Assembly (NCBI GenBank): GCA_963707505.1
Contig: CAVPQB010000006.1
Location: 756,581-820,580, forward strand
DNA length: 64,000 nt
Direction of reading: 5' to 3'
Source of the DNA: an uncultured Gemmatimonadales bacterium
Lineage (GTDB): Bacteria; Gemmatimonadota; Gemmatimonadetes; Gemmatimonadales; Gemmatimonadaceae
A program made the translations under genes and the position numbers. Shown here one piece after another: positions 1-10,270 of the stretch. Under the pieces are notes generated by a model, which was given only the letters and a program-made list of their open reading frames with translations, did no database searches and was not told where the DNA came from. Numbering within the stretch: position 1 is the first letter of the stretch; each line of letters begins with the position of its first letter.

Positions 1-280
1 CAGCCGCGGGATTCGCAGCGAGCTCGGTCCGCTCGCGACTCAAATCCGCCGTCTCGGTATCCCTCTGCGAGCTTACCGAGACGTACTCGCCCGCCGCCAT
101 CGACATTGCGCCGGCGACGAGGCCGGCGACGCCCGCGATCAGTACTGCCGCTCGGCCGGTTCCCGCCGCGGCGACGCCAACGACGAGGCTCGCGGTGGAG
201 ATGAGCCCGTCGTTTGCGCCAAGGACGGCGGCACGTAGCCAGCCGATATGTGCGGTGCGGTGCCGTTCGATGTGGCGCAT
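1..280 (-). CDS. VIT1/CCC1 family iron/manganese transporter, 3' end beyond window
   Basis: Own translation from ATG at 280: [39 protein letters not shown]...[23 protein letters not shown], the VIT family signature motifs. Confidence 0.92.
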   Translation of the reverse strand, partial: MRHIERHRTAHIGWLRAAVLGANDGLISTASLVVGVAAAGTGRAAVLIAGVAGLVAGAMSMAAGEYVSVSSQRDTETADLSRERTELAANPAA

Positions 281-508
281 CCATAGCCCCGTGTGCAGGT
301 CAAACCGGTGCCGCGGAAATAACCCGGTTGTGGAATCTACAGATCCTTTGCGCCTGGATCGCAAATCGTATGGCCGGTCAGTTGAAGTGTCAAGAAGCCG
401 CATGTTTGCAGGCAGCAGGGTTATTATTTCACATGTCTGACCTGTTTTTGCAGCAGGGGTTTCTGTAGCTGTCCCGCCACGAGAAGTATCTCTGAAACGC
501 GAGGCAAC

Positions 509-1246
509 ATGGTCAGGAGTAAGCGCGCCAAGGCGTTTGTTGCGGGTATCGTGAATAGTCGCTTACTGAGTCCGCTCCGTGCCCCCGCCCTCCACGCCAC
601 TCAATTCGTGCTGGGACTCAACCATCGTGAGGTAGTGAGTTTCGCCCAGCCGACGCGCGCCGCCGCGGTAGCCCGGATCCGTGAGATCGTCACCGGTTTT
701 CCTTCCCAGACGGTCGGCGTGGACGAGGCTTACATGATTCGAAGCGCGGTACTTGCGACCGAACGAATTCCGGGAATCCTGGCAGAAGTGGGTGTCTTCA
801 GGGGCGGCACAGCAAGAGTGATTTGTGAGGCGAAGGGCGACCGAACACTGCATCTGTTCGACACTTTTGAAGGGCTCCCCTCCCCGACTGCGATCGACCG
901 GGGTTTCGAGAGCGGCCAATACGCATGCAGCCTCGACGATGTGAAGAAATATCTCGATGGATGCCGGGACGTTCACTTTCACCAGGGGCTGTTTCCCGCA
1001 ACGGCCGGTCCCGTTCGCGATCTTCGATTCTCTTTCGTGCACCTCGACGTGGATCTCTATCAAAGCACGCTCGAATCTCTCCAGTTCTTCTATCCGAGGA
1101 TGAGTGTCGGAGCCATGCTCATCTCCCACGACTACGTCGAGTTCGCCGCCGTGCGCCGCGCCTTTGATGATTATCTGAGGGATTCGAGGCAGCCGGTGCT
1201 CGAGCTGAGTGGCAATCAATGCCTGATCGTCAAGGTCGCGGACTGA
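509..1246 (+). CDS. TylF/MycF/NovP-related O-methyltransferase
   Basis: Motifs [33 protein letters not shown]. Confidence 0.9.
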   Translation: MVRSKRAKAFVAGIVNSRLLSPLRAPALHATQFVLGLNHREVVSFAQPTRAAAVARIREIVTGFPSQTVGVDEAYMIRSAVLATERIPGILAEVGVFRGGTARVICEAKGDRTLHLFDTFEGLPSPTAIDRGFESGQYACSLDDVKKYLDGCRDVHFHQGLFPATAGPVRDLRFSFVHLDVDLYQSTLESLQFFYPRMSVGAMLISHDYVEFAAVRRAFDDYLRDSRQPVLELSGNQCLIVKVAD

Positions 1247-1265
1247 CCACCGTGGCTGAAAGGCC

Positions 1266-2336
1266 CTAGGGCGCCGCAACCTCCGCGGCGATCGGCGTGC
1301 GAACGTGGACAATGCGACGGCCAAGGGCGATCCCGGGGCGCTCGATCGTGCGGTATGCAGCCACAGGGAGCGCGACAATGAACACGCAGAACATGACCCA
1401 CTGGAGCGCCACCGGCAGGTCCTTCAGCACGATGAACGCAAGCCAGATGGCTGCGAGGTGCAACAGGTATATGCTGTAGCTGTTGGTGCAGATGCTATGT
1501 GCGATGCGAGTCAGCCACGACTCGCTCACGTCGCGCACGAGCGTGATCGCGAGCGCGACGGCGATACAGAAGGGCCATCCCCGCACCGGCAGCTCCTCAC
1601 TGGGATGAGAGAGCTTGAAGATCGCGACACAGCCCAGAAGCAGGAGAGCGAAGCTCCACCCCGGAAGCGGTGGTTGGCCACCCCGTCGGAGAATCGCATA
1701 CGCAAGCACTCCAGCAACGAAGCATGGGGCGAACGCTACAACCGACTCGAGCCTCCACAGCCCCGGGATGCTGTCGGTAAAACCGTGCGTGACCAGGAGC
1801 GCGAACCCACAGCACGCGGCGAGTGCAGCAACTACCGCCCAGATACTCTTCCGGGCGAGCAGGAACGCCAGCGGAAGCATGAGGTATAGCTGCACCTCGA
1901 TCGGTAGCGTCCAGAGCATTCCGGGCACCGGGTCATCCTGCGTGATGTTCTGCACCAGCGCCATGTCCGCCAGCACTGTCCGAAGATGCGGATGAACGAT
2001 CAGACCGGGACTGCCGAACGGAAGCGCGTGTGGCATGATGCCAAATGCGGCCGTGCCGAGCACGGTCACGATCGCGAGCGGGTAAATCCTGAATGCACGC
2101 CGGATGTAGAACGCTCGAACCCAATCCGGACGCGGTCCCTGACGTTCGAGCGATGACATCAGGACGAGCGACGTGTGCACGAAGAAAAGCAGAACGCCGA
2201 TGCGCCCCAGCTCCCAATTGTCGATCGGCGTCGCGTCCAGCGACCACACCGCGAGCAAGTGCGCAATCAGAACGCACAACACCGCCGCAGCCCGCAGCAG
2301 GTCCAGATTGCGCTCTGGGAGCGGCGTGGCGCTCAT
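1266..2336 (-). CDS. Acyltransferase-3 (OafA-like) membrane O-acyltransferase
   Basis: NLDLLRAAAVLCVLIAH, GVLLFF, FYIRRAFRIYP, WTLPIEVQLY, SYSIYLLH, YRTIERP; many TM segments. Confidence 0.9.
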   Translation of the reverse strand: MSATPLPERNLDLLRAAAVLCVLIAHLLAVWSLDATPIDNWELGRIGVLLFFVHTSLVLMSSLERQGPRPDWVRAFYIRRAFRIYPLAIVTVLGTAAFGIMPHALPFGSPGLIVHPHLRTVLADMALVQNITQDDPVPGMLWTLPIEVQLYLMLPLAFLLARKSIWAVVAALAACCGFALLVTHGFTDSIPGLWRLESVVAFAPCFVAGVLAYAILRRGGQPPLPGWSFALLLLGCVAIFKLSHPSEELPVRGWPFCIAVALAITLVRDVSESWLTRIAHSICTNSYSIYLLHLAAIWLAFIVLKDLPVALQWVMFCVFIVALPVAAYRTIERPGIALGRRIVHVRTPIAAEVAAP

Positions 2337-2388
2337 AGCGGACGAACGTACAACGGGTCATCCCAGCGGACAAGATTTTTTTGTCAGC

Positions 2389-2410
2389 GTCAGGTCCTGC
2401 GCCATACGCC
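2389..2410. repeat. Degenerate family-B left TIR scar
   Basis: GTCAGGTCCTGCGCCATACGCC versus MITE start GTCAGGTCTTGCGCCGTGCGCC at 20203. Confidence 0.55.
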
Positions 2411-2566
2411 CAGCGAAGTCCGCCCTTGACAGGCGGGGTCGATATGTTGAAATTTCACCACGGCTGTTTTTTCAGCATACGGACGACTCCGGCCCCCGGT
2501 TTCGCCCTACCGGCTGGGACGAACAGCGCCGCGCGATACCAGCTCGCGCATTCTTTTTGAGGCATT

Positions 2567-5206
2567 ATGCTGATTTTTCAACATAAATCCGTGCAGTCGT
2601 TCGAATCGGCCCCGTCGAGCAGCCTCGGGCCACTCTCGGCGATGTGCGCGTGGCTCGTCATCAGTATGGCTACGGCACGGCCGCAGGCGATCCAGGCGCA
2701 GCAATCCGCTCCGCCAACCGTCAGCGACAGCAACAGCAGCAGCAACAGGACTGCGGTAGCGACTCGCGCCGAGCACGCGCCGGTGATCGATGGCAAGGAT
2801 GACGATCCGGTCTGGCGCGCTGCGCCAGCGGTTTCGTCGTTCCGCGAGCACGACCCGGTGGAAGACGCCGATCCCCGTTTTCGCACCGAGTTCAAAATTG
2901 CGTACGACAGCCACAACATCTACGTCTTCGTTCGCGCATTCGACAAGGACCCGAAGGCGATACGCACCACGCTCGCACGACGAGACGCGCGTGCGCCGAC
3001 GGATCAGATAATCGTGATGATCGATTCGTATCATGACGGCCGCAGCGGCTTCGAGTTCTGCGTGAGTCCCGGCGGTGTGAAGCGCGACTTCGCCATCTAT
3101 AACGACAACAACGAGGACGGAAGCTGGGACGGCGTGTGGGACGTCGCGACCAGAATAGACTCGCTTGGCTGGACAGCAGAGTACGCGATTCCCATGTCGC
3201 AGCTGGGATTCACGAGCGCGCCGACGCACACGATAGGATTTAGTGTGTGGCGTGATCTGGACCGCTTCAAGGAGAGATTGAGCTGGCCGGGATATCATCC
3301 AAGCAGGAACGGTCTCGTCTCGCAATTCGGAACCGTTACCGGAATCGGTGACGTCGGCTCGACACATCCGCTCGAAGTCGTTCCGTACGTCGTCACGAAG
3401 AACGTCTCGACGACCGGCGCTTCATCCTTCGGTCGGGCGCAACGCGTTTCGGCAGGCGCCGATCTCAAGCTGGGAGTGACGCCGGGACTGCGGCTCACAG
3501 CGGCGATCAATCCCGATTTCGGACAGGTCGAGGCGGATCCATCGGTCCTCAACCTCGGTGCGTTCGAGACGTTCTTCAGCGAGCAGCGCCCATTCTTCGT
3601 CGAAGGGCAGGGACGCTACACGATGAGCCTCAACTGCAATGCGGTCAACTGCAATTCCGAAGGTCTGTTCTATTCGCGTCGCATCGGGCGCACACCGCAG
3701 CTGCTCGGCGCGTACGGCGATCCGGGCTCGCCTACTGCCAGCACGATTCTCGGTGCGGCGAAGCTGAGCGGACGAATCGGAAATTCCATCTCGATCGGCG
3801 CGCTCGATGCGGTGACGGGTCGGGCGGCGGGATCTTTCGACCGTACAATCGAGCCAACGACGAATTACGGTGTGTTGCGCGCTCAACGGGATTTCCGCGG
3901 CGGCGCCAGCAATATCGGGATCATCGCAACGAGCGTGGAGCGAGACAACGACACGTGGACTTCCAATGCGCTGCGCAAGTCCGCGAGCGTGCTGGGAGCC
4001 GACTTCTCGCACAAATTCCTGGCCAACAATTACACGGTGTCCGGCTCGGTGACAGCCAGCGACGTCACAGGAACGCCGGAAGCGATCCTCAGTACACAAA
4101 CCAACGCGGTTCATTACTACCAGCGTCCGGACGGCAAGCTGCGCGTCGACTCGAGCCTCACTTCATTGAACGGAAATTCCGAGGAATTCATTTTCGGAAA
4201 GTACGGCGGCGGAATCACTCGCTTCGAGACGAGCTATCAGCGCCAGTCATCCGGCTACGAAGTCAACGACATCGGCTACCTGCAGCGGGCGGACATACAA
4301 TCATGGAACAACTGGGCAGCGCTCAATTTCTTCAAGCGCACTGCGATCTACAACAGTCTCCGCGTCAACGGAAATTTCTGGAATCGATGGACCAGTGCAG
4401 GCCTGCCGCTGGAGCACGCTCTCAATACCAACGCACACATCGTATTTCACAACAACTGGAGCGCCGGCGCCGGCGGAACAATGGGACAGCTCGGCACGGT
4501 GTACTGTGACCGGTGCGCGCGCGGCGGGCCTGCCATTCGCCAGTCTTCGTACATCTCACCATGGTTCTACATCACCGGTGACGATCGGCGCCGGATCGCG
4601 CCCTCGATATCGGCAAATTTCCAGAGGAGCGACGAGGGCCGGTCGCATTACATGTCGCTCGAGCCAAGTGTCGCAATTCAGGCGACGAGCCAGCTACTGT
4701 TCTCGCTCGACGTCAACGCCGCACGCAACGACGACAACTCGCAGTGGATCGGGAACTTCAGCGACTCGACGAGCAACACGACGCACTATGCGTTCGCGCG
4801 TCTGCATCAGACCACGCTCTCGACATCGGTGCGAGCGACGTATCTCGCGACGCCGAATCTCTCGCTCCAGTTCTACGCGCAGCCATTCGTGTCCAACGGA
4901 TCGTACTCCAATCCGCGCGAATTGAGCTCCACGCCGAGGGCGGCGAGTTATGTCAACAGGTTCGTTGCATACGCGGCACCAGCATCGGCGACGTCTGGTT
5001 TCAGCGACCGCGAGTTCAAGCTGAACGCGGTGGCGCGCTGGGAATACAGACCTGGATCGACGGTGTTCCTCGTATGGACACAGGGCCGGTCGGCTTACGA
5101 CGACTCGCCCGACGTGCGCGGCTGGACGGGGACGTATCCGGCTCTGTTCAAGCTGCGGCCGGACAACACATTCCTTGTAAAGGTGAGCTACTGGCTGAGC
5201 AGGTAA
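2567..5206 (+). CDS. CBM9-like sugar-binding domain plus DUF5916 outer-membrane protein (start may be downstream)
   Basis: APVIDGKDDDPVW, GWTAEYAIP, INPDFGQVEAD, FETFFSEQRPFFVEG, C-terminal VKVSYWL. Confidence 0.85.
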   Translation: MLIFQHKSVQSFESAPSSSLGPLSAMCAWLVISMATARPQAIQAQQSAPPTVSDSNSSSNRTAVATRAEHAPVIDGKDDDPVWRAAPAVSSFREHDPVEDADPRFRTEFKIAYDSHNIYVFVRAFDKDPKAIRTTLARRDARAPTDQIIVMIDSYHDGRSGFEFCVSPGGVKRDFAIYNDNNEDGSWDGVWDVATRIDSLGWTAEYAIPMSQLGFTSAPTHTIGFSVWRDLDRFKERLSWPGYHPSRNGLVSQFGTVTGIGDVGSTHPLEVVPYVVTKNVSTTGASSFGRAQRVSAGADLKLGVTPGLRLTAAINPDFGQVEADPSVLNLGAFETFFSEQRPFFVEGQGRYTMSLNCNAVNCNSEGLFYSRRIGRTPQLLGAYGDPGSPTASTILGAAKLSGRIGNSISIGALDAVTGRAAGSFDRTIEPTTNYGVLRAQRDFRGGASNIGIIATSVERDNDTWTSNALRKSASVLGADFSHKFLANNYTVSGSVTASDVTGTPEAILSTQTNAVHYYQRPDGKLRVDSSLTSLNGNSEEFIFGKYGGGITRFETSYQRQSSGYEVNDIGYLQRADIQSWNNWAALNFFKRTAIYNSLRVNGNFWNRWTSAGLPLEHALNTNAHIVFHNNWSAGAGGTMGQLGTVYCDRCARGGPAIRQSSYISPWFYITGDDRRRIAPSISANFQRSDEGRSHYMSLEPSVAIQATSQLLFSLDVNAARNDDNSQWIGNFSDSTSNTTHYAFARLHQTTLSTSVRATYLATPNLSLQFYAQPFVSNGSYSNPRELSSTPRAASYVNRFVAYAAPASATSGFSDREFKLNAVARWEYRPGSTVFLVWTQGRSAYDDSPDVRGWTGTYPALFKLRPDNTFLVKVSYWLSR

Positions 5207-5290
5207 GCCATGTGCAGCCTTGCGGCTCGGCAAGGTGCGGGCTACGCTTCGTGCGCTTCGCAGTCCCCGACACCAATCCGCCTCCGTCCC

Positions 5291-6172
5291 ATGCCTATCC
5301 GCATCCGTCCGTTCGCCGTGGTCGCCGCCACGCTCCTGACCTTCGGCCCGACACTCGGCGCGCAGCAAGTACCGAAAGCGATCTATACCGACCCACCGCG
5401 CGACGTTCAGCACCCCGCGCGCATGGAAGTGTTGCACATCCCATCCGGCGACGTGAAGATCAACGGCGTCGCATATCTGGTCGGTGGTACCGGTGTGCAT
5501 CCAACTTTCGTGCTGCTGCACGGACTCCCCGGCAATGAGAAGAACCTCGATCTGGCGCAGGCGGTGCGACGCGCCGGCTGGAACGCGATCACATTCAATT
5601 ACCGTGGATCGTGGGGCAGTCCCGGCGTCTTCCGCTTCGCACAGAACCTGGAGGATGCAGATGCGGTGCTCGCATTCCTGCGCGATCCCGCCAACTCAGC
5701 CGCGCTCGGTATCGATACCACACATCTCGTCCTCGCCGGTCACAGCATGGGCGGCTGGGTGACGGCGCTCACCGCGGCGCATCAACACGGGCTCGAGGGA
5801 GCCGTGCTCATCTCGGCAGCGGACATGGCCGCGTTCGGCGGAACGTCCAGAGCGAAAATTGTCGCTGCGATGGCCACAGACATGGAGTCGCTCGCCGGTA
5901 CGAGCCCCGAGCAGATGGCCGACGAGGTGATCGCGCACAAGGACGTCTGGAACTTCGGCACCGCATACGCCGGCCTTGCGTCGATTCCGATGCTCGTCAT
6001 CACATCGAACGATGGCCTGGCACCAACGAACGACGCGCTCGTCGCAGCTGTGCGCGCGCGCGGCAACACGAAAATCACAACCGCGCACTTTCCCACGGAT
6101 CACTCATATTCCGATCAGCGTATAGCGCTGGAAAGCGCAGTGATCGAGTGGCTGCAGAAGATGGCGAGATAG
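5291..6172 (+). CDS. Secreted alpha/beta fold hydrolase
   Basis: Signal peptide, LLHGLPG, nucleophile elbow GHSMG, late TDHSY His; start chosen at MPIRIRPF. Confidence 0.85.
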   Translation: MPIRIRPFAVVAATLLTFGPTLGAQQVPKAIYTDPPRDVQHPARMEVLHIPSGDVKINGVAYLVGGTGVHPTFVLLHGLPGNEKNLDLAQAVRRAGWNAITFNYRGSWGSPGVFRFAQNLEDADAVLAFLRDPANSAALGIDTTHLVLAGHSMGGWVTALTAAHQHGLEGAVLISAADMAAFGGTSRAKIVAAMATDMESLAGTSPEQMADEVIAHKDVWNFGTAYAGLASIPMLVITSNDGLAPTNDALVAAVRARGNTKITTAHFPTDHSYSDQRIALESAVIEWLQKMAR

Positions 6173-6286
6173 CATGGCTCGTCGATAGTTGTGTAGCAGG
6201 TGAGTCGGTTCGCCAGTTCAGCTGCGAGCGTCAATGTCCCCGCGGCATGACTCCCCGAAATGGCGATGCCCATTACCGAGCCGTGC

Positions 6287-6895
6287 TCATTCCTCGATCG
6301 CTTCGGCGACTATCGCAAAGCGTCCCTTGTCTCGACCCGTGGTAGGCGGATTCAGGAACTCGCTGAGAATTATCTTGAACCGCAAACCACCCAGTAGCGC
6401 CATCGCGGCTTCCGGGGAATGCGAATCGTAGAAGAACGTATGCCCGAACATCGTGTCTGTGAATGCCGGATGTTCGGATCCGCCAACGGTGAGAGCAAAG
6501 CGGCCACCCAGCGGCATGACCGCTCGCACGCGCGCAAGAATTGCGGCGTGCTCCTCTCTAGGAATATGAAAAAGCGAATCCCAGGCGATGACCGCTGCGA
6601 ATTCTCCCTCGGGCTCGAAGTTCTCCAGCGATGACAGGATCCAATCCTGTTCCGGTAAGTGACTGCGCGCCAGTTGCAGCATTGCCGCCGACTGATCCAC
6701 CCCTGTCACATGAACCTGTCGTGAAACCAGATATTCTGCGATCGGCCGACCCGTGCCGCAGCCAAGATCCAGGACGTTCGCACCAGTCGGTACGCGCTCG
6801 AGCGTGAGATCGAAGATTCGCCTTTCAGAGTCTGACAGGAGCAACCTTGCTTCGTGCCACTGGTGCGCGATGGCGTCGTACGACTCACGATTCAT
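6287..6895 (-). CDS. Class I SAM-dependent methyltransferase
   Basis: VLDLGCGTG, VTGVDQS, AWDSLFHIP; start MNRESYDAIA. Confidence 0.9.
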   Translation of the reverse strand: MNRESYDAIAHQWHEARLLLSDSERRIFDLTLERVPTGANVLDLGCGTGRPIAEYLVSRQVHVTGVDQSAAMLQLARSHLPEQDWILSSLENFEPEGEFAAVIAWDSLFHIPREEHAAILARVRAVMPLGGRFALTVGGSEHPAFTDTMFGHTFFYDSHSPEAAMALLGGLRFKIILSEFLNPPTTGRDKGRFAIVAEAIEE

Positions 6896-6917
6896 ATGTC
6901 GAGTCTTTCGCGCGCGC

Positions 6918-7478
6918 TTATCGAATCGCCTGGCTGGAAATTCGAGCAACGGCAACGACAAGCACTACACTTGCCGCGGACCACTCGAATCGCCGTGACC
7001 TGAAGATCAAGGCTCCAACTGCACATAGAAGAGCGATGGTTCGTACGAGACCGGCGAAATCAATGACGACAGCGCCGCTGGCAGCGATTGCAGCGATCCA
7101 GGTTGCTGTCTGATTGATCGCCAGAATCGTGAGGAACACATCTCTGCTCTTTGCCCATTCGGCGCGCATGTCGAGCCGCCCCGATTCCGGAATGGCTCTC
7201 GGTAATACGCTTGCGGACAGGAGAAACAGCAGGATTGGAAGAACAGCGAGCAGCACATAGTGGCCGACCACACGAGCATTCCGCGAACCGTCCAATCCCG
7301 CACCCACGGCCCACCAGTAATTGAACAGCCACAGCAATGCGATCGTGGCCCACACGAGCGGTAACCAGTCCCACTCGACGTGCTTGCGAGCGTGGATCAG
7401 TCTGTGAAAATTGACGAGCAGATCGGCGATGCCGAGGCCGATGATGATCGAGACGAGAGTTGCCCAATGTTCTGTCAT
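6918..7478 (-). CDS. Uncharacterised multi-pass membrane protein, paralogue 1
   Basis: MTEHWATLVSIIIGLGIADLL...WLPLVW...NYWW...VLP...DMRAEW; similar to ORFs at 20332, 25352, 25965. Confidence 0.8.
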   Translation of the reverse strand: MTEHWATLVSIIIGLGIADLLVNFHRLIHARKHVEWDWLPLVWATIALLWLFNYWWAVGAGLDGSRNARVVGHYVLLAVLPILLFLLSASVLPRAIPESGRLDMRAEWAKSRDVFLTILAINQTATWIAAIAASGAVVIDFAGLVRTIALLCAVGALIFRSRRFEWSAASVVLVVAVARISSQAIR

Positions 7479-7483
7479 ACGAG

Positions 7484-7523
7484 GGGTATTGGGTATTGGG
7501 TCGGGTCGTGCGCCGTGTACGCC
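7484..7523. repeat. Degenerate family-B TIR scar with junction duplication
   Basis: GGGTATT x2 then GGGTCGGGTCGTGCGCCGTGTACGCC; fills nearly the whole intergenic gap. Confidence 0.65.
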
Positions 7524-7524
7524 G

Positions 7525-8544
7525 TTACGCTGATCTTCGCCGACGGGCCCAGTCCATAGCCACGAGGGCGAAGCGACGTGGGAAGAATGCCTTGAGGAAT
7601 CCTGTAAAAGCCCCAATCGTAGGTCTGGTTCGCCAGCTTTGCAGGAATCCCACGCGTGCATCTCGCGGATTACCATCGCACCAGTCCCAGTATGCGAGTC
7701 CCCACAACATCTGTGCAAGCGCGCTATCGGCCGCGGCCGCTTCGCTGTGCGAAAGAGTGTGCCTGAGGCGTTTCAGATGCGCTCTCCGAACCGTGATGGC
7801 ATCCACTCGAGTCGCGCGCTGATTGCGCGCGGTCAAGCTTGCCGAGTGACGGCGGTTGAGTGAATGGATCTCGTTGACGAACACAAACGGTGTATGCTCG
7901 GCGAATCGAAACCAGAGATCGACGTCCTCCGAGCAGACGATGGATTCGTCGAACCATAGCGCTTCGCTCACGACGAGTTCGCGCTTGAATACGACCGTTG
8001 GAGTGTTGACCGGCGTCGACGTGAGAAGAAAAGCTCGAAAACTCACCGGACAGAGAAACGTATCCCCGTCGACATGGTCCATATAGCGCGCGGTCTTTTC
8101 GAGGAATCGCATGGATCGAAGCACGGACTGAGCCTCGACGTTGCCGGTGGCCTGATGCAGGTGCTGATAGTCGGCGAACGCAAAGTGTGCACCGGTCCGA
8201 CGCATCGCAGCCACACATGATGCAAGGCGAGTCGGCAGCGAGACGTCATCAGCGTCGAGCAGTGCCACGTACTCGCCGCGAGCAGCACGCAGCCCGTCGT
8301 TACGAGCACACGACGGGCGGCCCGATGCGGATTGTCGACGAATGAGGCGGATGCGCGGATCGGCAGCAGCATGCGCGGCCGCGACATCTGCCGTGTGATC
8401 GGTCGACGCATCATCGACGACGATGATCTCGATGTCCCGGACCGTCTGATTCGACAGAGAAGCAAGCGCCTCGGCTATGTATGCGCCGCAGTTGTACGCC
8501 GGCACGATCACCGACACCAGCGGCTCTTTATACTGTGTCGTCAT
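7525..8544 (-). CDS. Glycosyltransferase family 2
   Basis: VSVIVPAYN, IVVDDASTD, ARNDG, LLDADD, SEDVDLW. Confidence 0.92.
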   Translation of the reverse strand: MTTQYKEPLVSVIVPAYNCGAYIAEALASLSNQTVRDIEIIVVDDASTDHTADVAAAHAAADPRIRLIRRQSASGRPSCARNDGLRAARGEYVALLDADDVSLPTRLASCVAAMRRTGAHFAFADYQHLHQATGNVEAQSVLRSMRFLEKTARYMDHVDGDTFLCPVSFRAFLLTSTPVNTPTVVFKRELVVSEALWFDESIVCSEDVDLWFRFAEHTPFVFVNEIHSLNRRHSASLTARNQRATRVDAITVRRAHLKRLRHTLSHSEAAAADSALAQMLWGLAYWDWCDGNPRDARVGFLQSWRTRPTIGAFTGFLKAFFPRRFALVAMDWARRRRSA

Positions 8545-9752
8545 CGCAGATGGGACGCGATGAGCGAGACAGTGGTTTCGGCAGCCGCGATAGTCTGTCT
8601 CAGCATTTCCGGTGCAATGACGAAATCGTCGACGTTTCCGTCACCGCACTGTCCGTTGGGATATGCGCCGAGGATCGAGAAGTAGCTCATGCCCGCCGAG
8701 TCGGCGGCGGTATAATAATACGGCTCGATATGCCCGGGCGGAGTGAGTTCTATGAGGACCGAGCCCGGATGACAGAACACGACATCGGTGAGCGCCGCTC
8801 CGTGCGGACCGATGATGATCTCCGCCTGCGGCAGGAGATCACGGATTGCGTCCGTGCCCGGAATGATCGTCTCGAATCCCGCCGCATCCAGGATCGGAGC
8901 GAGTGCCTCTTCATCGATCAGCGTACGTCTCGACCCTCGTCTGCTAAGAAAAAGACGCCGGCCCTGCTGCGGAACATGCGGCGATCGCGAGCGCCAGAAT
9001 TCGCCGACCCATGTTGGACTGTTGCATCGCAAGCCCGGAAAGGTAGGCGCGATCAGCTGCTCGCATTCCACAATTGAAAAGCTGCTCAGCGCAACCATCT
9101 TCTCCGGTGGGATTCCGCACAGCTGTACGGCAGATTTTCGTCCTTCGGATGACAGATCCGGAACGAGTACGTGCGACACATCGTCCCAGGTGTAGCCGGA
9201 TCGCTCGAACAAGGCGACTCGGGACAGCGCATCGAACATCATGTGACCGTAGTTCGCGGACCACTCCGTACACAGGTTGAGTGTCACGCCCGACAAACGC
9301 GCAGTCGACGCGAGGCTGTCGTGGAGATAGATCGGACATGACCCCACTCGGTATCCATACCAGCTGTGATCGGGAAGATATGTGTCATCCTCGGCGACGA
9401 TCCATCCTTGCGGACTGATCACGCGTGCATTCCGCAGTCGTGCAACGCCTGCCGCCGGCAGGACTGTCGCGACCAGCTCGAGCATCTGCGCAGCGGGATA
9501 GTTGACGCAACGCGGCGCTTGCCTCTCGGCGACGCCAGCCGGAACGACCTCACGCCATTCGGCGCCATGTCGCCGGCAGTATTCCGGAGTGTGAGACCAG
9601 TGCCGGGGCGGCCCGAAGGTTCGCGAGTCCAGAGGCAGCCACTTGCTGCGCTCCGGACTCGCGAACGTGCCAGCGAATCGGCGATAGGTTGCTCCGCCGA
9701 GCTTCCACAACGGGCGCGGAACCAGCGCGCGTAAACCGGGGTCAGAGTGCAC
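8541..9752 (-). CDS. Glycosyltransferase family 61 (DUF563-like); predicted start lies inside a TIR
   Basis: NYGHMMFD, RLFLSRRGSRR, IIGPHGAALTD, LIELTP; 4-bp overlap with the GT2 gene. Confidence 0.8.
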   Translation of the reverse strand: MHSDPGLRALVPRPLWKLGGATYRRFAGTFASPERSKWLPLDSRTFGPPRHWSHTPEYCRRHGAEWREVVPAGVAERQAPRCVNYPAAQMLELVATVLPAAGVARLRNARVISPQGWIVAEDDTYLPDHSWYGYRVGSCPIYLHDSLASTARLSGVTLNLCTEWSANYGHMMFDALSRVALFERSGYTWDDVSHVLVPDLSSEGRKSAVQLCGIPPEKMVALSSFSIVECEQLIAPTFPGLRCNSPTWVGEFWRSRSPHVPQQGRRLFLSRRGSRRTLIDEEALAPILDAAGFETIIPGTDAIRDLLPQAEIIIGPHGAALTDVVFCHPGSVLIELTPPGHIEPYYYTAADSAGMSYFSILGAYPNGQCGDGNVDDFVIAPEMLRQTIAAAETTVSLIASHLR

Positions 9753-10204
9753 TTCTCTGACTCCCGCGATCCTTGCGTGGCCCGCCGATCTTTGCGGGAC
9801 GCGCGCGGCGCCCTAGCGGCGGGCGAATCGCGGGATCCCTGGCACCGAGTGCATTGGCCCCATGACTCGACCAGCGATAATCCTTGCGCTCCGCCACGAT
9901 CCCAGGCGTGACGAGCAGATGAACATGGTTGGTCATGAGCACGTACGCATGCACGGCACAATGTTCCCGCATGGACAGTTCACGCAGAGCTTGCAGGTAA
10001 CGGAGATAGTCCGATTCACGAAAGAAGCACGGCCTGCGATCGTTGCCAGGTTGGATAACGTGCTGCGCGATGCCAGGAATGTCCAGGCGCGGCTGGCGTG
10101 CGATGGTGAAGCTCCTGTGAAGGGAGCCACACAATACTATGGGGCGGCGTCATGCCATTCAGTCGATTGCAACATCTGAAACCGGAATACCGCGCTCTGA
10201 CCCC
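9738..10204 (-). mobile_element. TIR-bounded element (family A) with internally deleted RAYT-like Y1 HUH transposase pseudogene
   Basis: Ends GGGGTCAGAG...CTCTGACCCC; encodes ARQPRLDIPGIAQHVIQPGNDRRPCFF...AYVLMTNHVHLLVTP (HUH) fused to DYRWSSH and a short C-terminus; ATC at 10102-10104 in place of ATG behind an AGGAG RBS; stop codon inside the TIR. Confidence 0.88.
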
Positions 10205-10270
10205 TATTCCCCCATTTTCCCGGCAAACCCTATATTCCAGAGTCTTTCCGACCCACAACCAGCAGGCGCC

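Noticed and set aside
318..425. AATAACCC/GGGTTATT inverted pair as attC
   Set aside because: Does not fit RYYYAAC and has no convincing internal pairing.
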